Shown: positions 60,962 to 64,000 of the stretch, in pieces
Numbering within the stretch: position 1 is the stretch's first letter
Layout: each line of letters begins with the position of its first letter
From: Klebsormidium nitens
Taxonomy: Eukaryota; Plantae; Klebsormidiophyceae
NCBI GenBank assembly: GCA_000708835.1
Contig: DF237139.1
Coordinates: 62,001-126,000 of the forward strand
Direction: 5' to 3'
Length of the DNA stretch: 64,000 bases
Notes under the pieces: model-generated
What the model saw: the letters and a program-made list of their open reading frames with translations, nothing else
What the model was told of the DNA's origin: nothing
Database searches by the model: none
Translations under genes and position numbers: made by a program

Positions 60962-61480
60962 CGCGGCCGCGCTGGGTTGCGTACCCCTTCCGACAAGACA
61001 CGTGCTTGCACGCGCTTCATAAGCGATGGATATAGCGGGCGGCCGCGGTCATCTCGGGGGGGCCCCCGCCCGCGCGGCCCCTCACCCTAAAACCCGAAAC
61101 CCCCGGCCAGTGCATGATGATGCACGCGCGGCCGGGCCGCGGCGCATATATATGCTGATCAAGTAGCTAGTAGCGTCCATTTCTTTTCAGGCCGGCGATA
61201 TGGTAATAAGTCCGTCATGCATCGATCATGGTTTCTTTCAATGATCGACCATGCATTGTAACGGAACTCAATGGGAGCAACTTCAGGTTATTAGATCGCA
61301 TGTCATCTCATTATAAGGATATATTGGCATACATACGGTTCTACAGCTTATTGTATTTTCATCAATGAGGATCAACATCATGGCAATATTTGAACAAGTT
61401 CACCAATCACCCAATGCGTACAGTGCACCAAATACAGAGAGAGCATGTGCAAAAGGGTGTCAGAGAACTCATGCCACAGC
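60950..61480. other. CATG/palindrome-rich intergenic island 5 (AKR 3' end / mtHSP70 promoter)
   Basis: About 8 CATG in 61110-61475; GCATATATATGC at 61144-61155; two GCGGCCGC sites. Confidence 0.6.
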
Positions 61481-61742
61481 ACGTTAAAAATGGTAAGGGA
61501 CACCTATCAAACCCTCTCAGTTTGTATTTGTATTGTCGCATGCACGATTGTGCAGCCTCGGAACATCCTTCGGCTACTCGAATCCTTTTTTCTCTCCGAT
61601 TTTGTACACGTATGCTCGTGGGTTTTGACACGCTATGAGTGAGTCTATGAATCTAGAGGTATCCTTCATAACCACCAGAAGACCTCCAAGACGTGGTCAC
61701 AACGATGCCTCCCAATGCCAAAACTGTACTACCTGAGTCAAG

Positions 61743-64000
61743 CTAACCTCTTCGGTACTCGTCACCGCAGTCCCCTATCACTCGCGTAAGATCCTTTCCC
61801 CTCTGAAGAACAGAGTCGATCCGACCTCTATCTTCCTCATCCAAAGTGAGGGGAAAGACTTTCCTATTCTCCTTGATGTGCTCCGACAGTCCTAGCCTCA
61901 CACCAACCATAGAACCAGCAACAGCCGGCTGCAAAAGAAAGTGAGAACATCTCGAATGATGAGTTCGCAAGACCGCAGTGCGATCACTTGGACTTGGCGT
62001 CCACGTCAAAGTGCATTCGGAGGTAGAGCATTGGCTGACCCAAATAAAGTCAAGGCCAGATCACTTCACAGCTGAAGGGGTTCAGGGAAGGAAACGTCTC
62101 CTTGAGAGAGGATATCCCGACAGACTGCACACTGCACGGCTAAACCGCTTTCATGTTTTCCATTGACCAACATGTAACGTTGAGCGTTTTGAAAGTAAGA
62201 ATTGCCGATGTCGGTCATCAAGTGCGCGCTCGTCGTCTTGATGAACCCGTCAAAGCAGAGAGGTTCAGCTTGACGGGGCTGCCAAATGGTCCAACCATGT
62301 GGGCGGATTCGCTTAGCACTCACTTGATCCAAGATGTACTTCATGGCAACGAGCGGAATGGTGACCTCATGCTTCTCCGCAACCCTCTTCGTCTCCCGCA
62401 GCAGTTCCTGGAACAGCTCCCACCCGCCCCACGCGTCGACCATCTGGAGCCGACCAAGGGAGCGCTAATGAAGACAACTAAGTGAAGACACAACGCTAAA
62501 AATCATCGAATCCGCAGGAACAGTCAGGCGCACCGGATCGCTGAAGCAAGAAACGAGCAAAAGAAGCCTGTCGGTCTTCAGAAGTCGCGCTGATTCGCTA
62601 GTCAATACGTCCGACCGCTCCCGTAATGACGGCGCAAACGAAGGACAACACAAGTACGTAACAGTTGCAAGCTTGTTGGATGTTCATTGGCCAATGCGTG
62701 CTCACCCGCTTGTACTTGTTCAGTGAGGGCGTGTCGAGAGGGGGGCCGCCGAACATGCTGCTGGGGTCTCGAGTATGGAGGTACTTTTCGCTCAGAAGTC
62801 CCCCCATAACGGTGCCGTACCTGCGGCAAAGCGAACCGCTTATGACTGGCGTCGTACCTGAACGAATGCAACCCTGTCCGTTCAAGTTATTGTTGAGAGT
62901 CACATGTTTCTGCAAGTCCTGGCAGTTTCGATTCTCTTGCTGTCAACGCTCACTTTTCTTTCCGGCAATGCGCTCCATCGCTGCCGCGCGCATTACGGCT
63001 CCTCAAAGAGAATATGATTTCCTCGCAAACGCTTTCAAGAGAAGGAAGGCAAGCTATCAAATCACGACGTCTTGGGTGCCTCACTACAGCCAGGGTTGAT
63101 TCTAGTCATCGAACCACGACTCAAAATCACTCACGTGATCAGCTTGACCCCAGTGATCTCGCACAGCTTGGCCATCTCGCCCTGGGGGCGCATGTCCACC
63201 AACGAGTGCTGAACCTGCATAAGGTGACGGAAACCGGCAGTGTGAAAAGTTTCTACAAGTGACAGCAAGGCGTGCTCATAAAGATACCGGAAAAGGGTGT
63301 GGAGCCAGTGAGTATCCTCTGGGAATGAAAGTGCATCAGTAATCTAAAGTTCAGCAAGAAAGCTGTGCCGTCATCTTCCGGAAAACCGGTTGGCTCGTGC
63401 TCCAGAAAAAGTGCTGTTCCTTGAAAGGCATCTGTTAAACGGGCCAAGAGGGCTCACCTGATTGCTCGCAATGGGGATGCCTGCCTCGAGTATGGTCTGC
63501 AGCCTTTTCGTGTCGAAGTTGGTCAGCGACAGCACCTTGATCTTTCCTGTGGAAAGCGAAGGACGATGCGGCTCAGTTTTAGAGCGGAACGGCTGAAATC
63601 GGCGCAAAAGTATCCACAACAAATGGACGCAACCATACTCCAGTCCGCGGTTCAATGTCACGTGACGGACCAGAACCACACGAGGCGAGCGAATGTAACC
63701 GAGTTCAGATGGTGAGCCATAGGACAAAAGCAAAGGAACCGTCCGGACTTTGTACAGAAAGTCAAAAGATTAGCATCAGCAAACCATCGTCCCGACTACC
63801 AAGCCGGACAAGGTAGGCCAACCCCGAAGCCCTTAATCTTGAACGGAATGCGTTTTCTGGGACCAGAGAGTCACGAATTTGGAGCACCGTTTTACCCTCT
63901 TCTTTGAGATCCGTCATATGCTTCAAGGCGTCAAGATAACCTTTGTCCTCGTACTCCCACCTGCGAAGAGAGAGTCCTTTCGCTCAAACAGCACCAAGAT
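61743..64000 (-). CDS. Aldo-keto reductase / NAD(P)-linked oxidoreductase, 3' part; 5' exons lie outside the window
   Basis: Phase-consistent exons 63960-63896, 63546-63458, 63214-63135, 62820-62706, 62443-62324 and 61928-61743. Motifs: GKIKVLSLTNFD, SNQVQHSLVDMRP, LITYGTVMGGLLSEKY, YILDQPAVAGSMVGVRLG, ending IGDCGDEYRRG*. Confidence 0.9.

Noticed and set aside
61114-61158. Box C (ATGATGA) and box D (CTGA) suggesting a C/D snoRNA
   Set aside because: Only ~45 nt span with no terminal stem; likely a chance product of island composition.

Overview
Eukaryotic, intron-rich nuclear DNA, most likely from a streptophyte (charophyte) green alga such as Klebsormidium. That assignment is inferred from plant-type proteins, GT-AG introns of about 55-1300 nt and a TTTTAGGG-type telomeric repeat. 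About ten spliced genes were reconstructed by eye from splice sites and reading phase: a cytochrome P450 (-, 3' end off-window), a CHASE-domain hybrid histidine kinase (+), a large TM/coiled-coil/TPR protein (-), a small Ser/Lys/Arg-rich protein (+), cytosolic glutamyl-tRNA synthetase (-), an unknown gene or genes in a diverged ~2.1-kb tandem duplication (+), ALKBH1 (-), mitochondrial IMP1 peptidase (+), mitochondrial HSP70 (-) and an aldo-keto reductase (-, 5' end off-window). I found no tRNA, rRNA, CRISPR array or recognisable transposase/RT. Three observations stand out. (1) mtHSP70 has two intact 186-nt paralogous lid-domain exons only 53 nt apart, a candidate mutually exclusive exon pair. 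(2) Many GluRS and HSP70 introns are built from decaying tandem copies of the adjacent splice junction plus exon end. (3) CATG/palindrome-rich islands of about 400-650 bp sit at every convergent gene junction. All coordinates and counts were made manually and may be off by a few bases.
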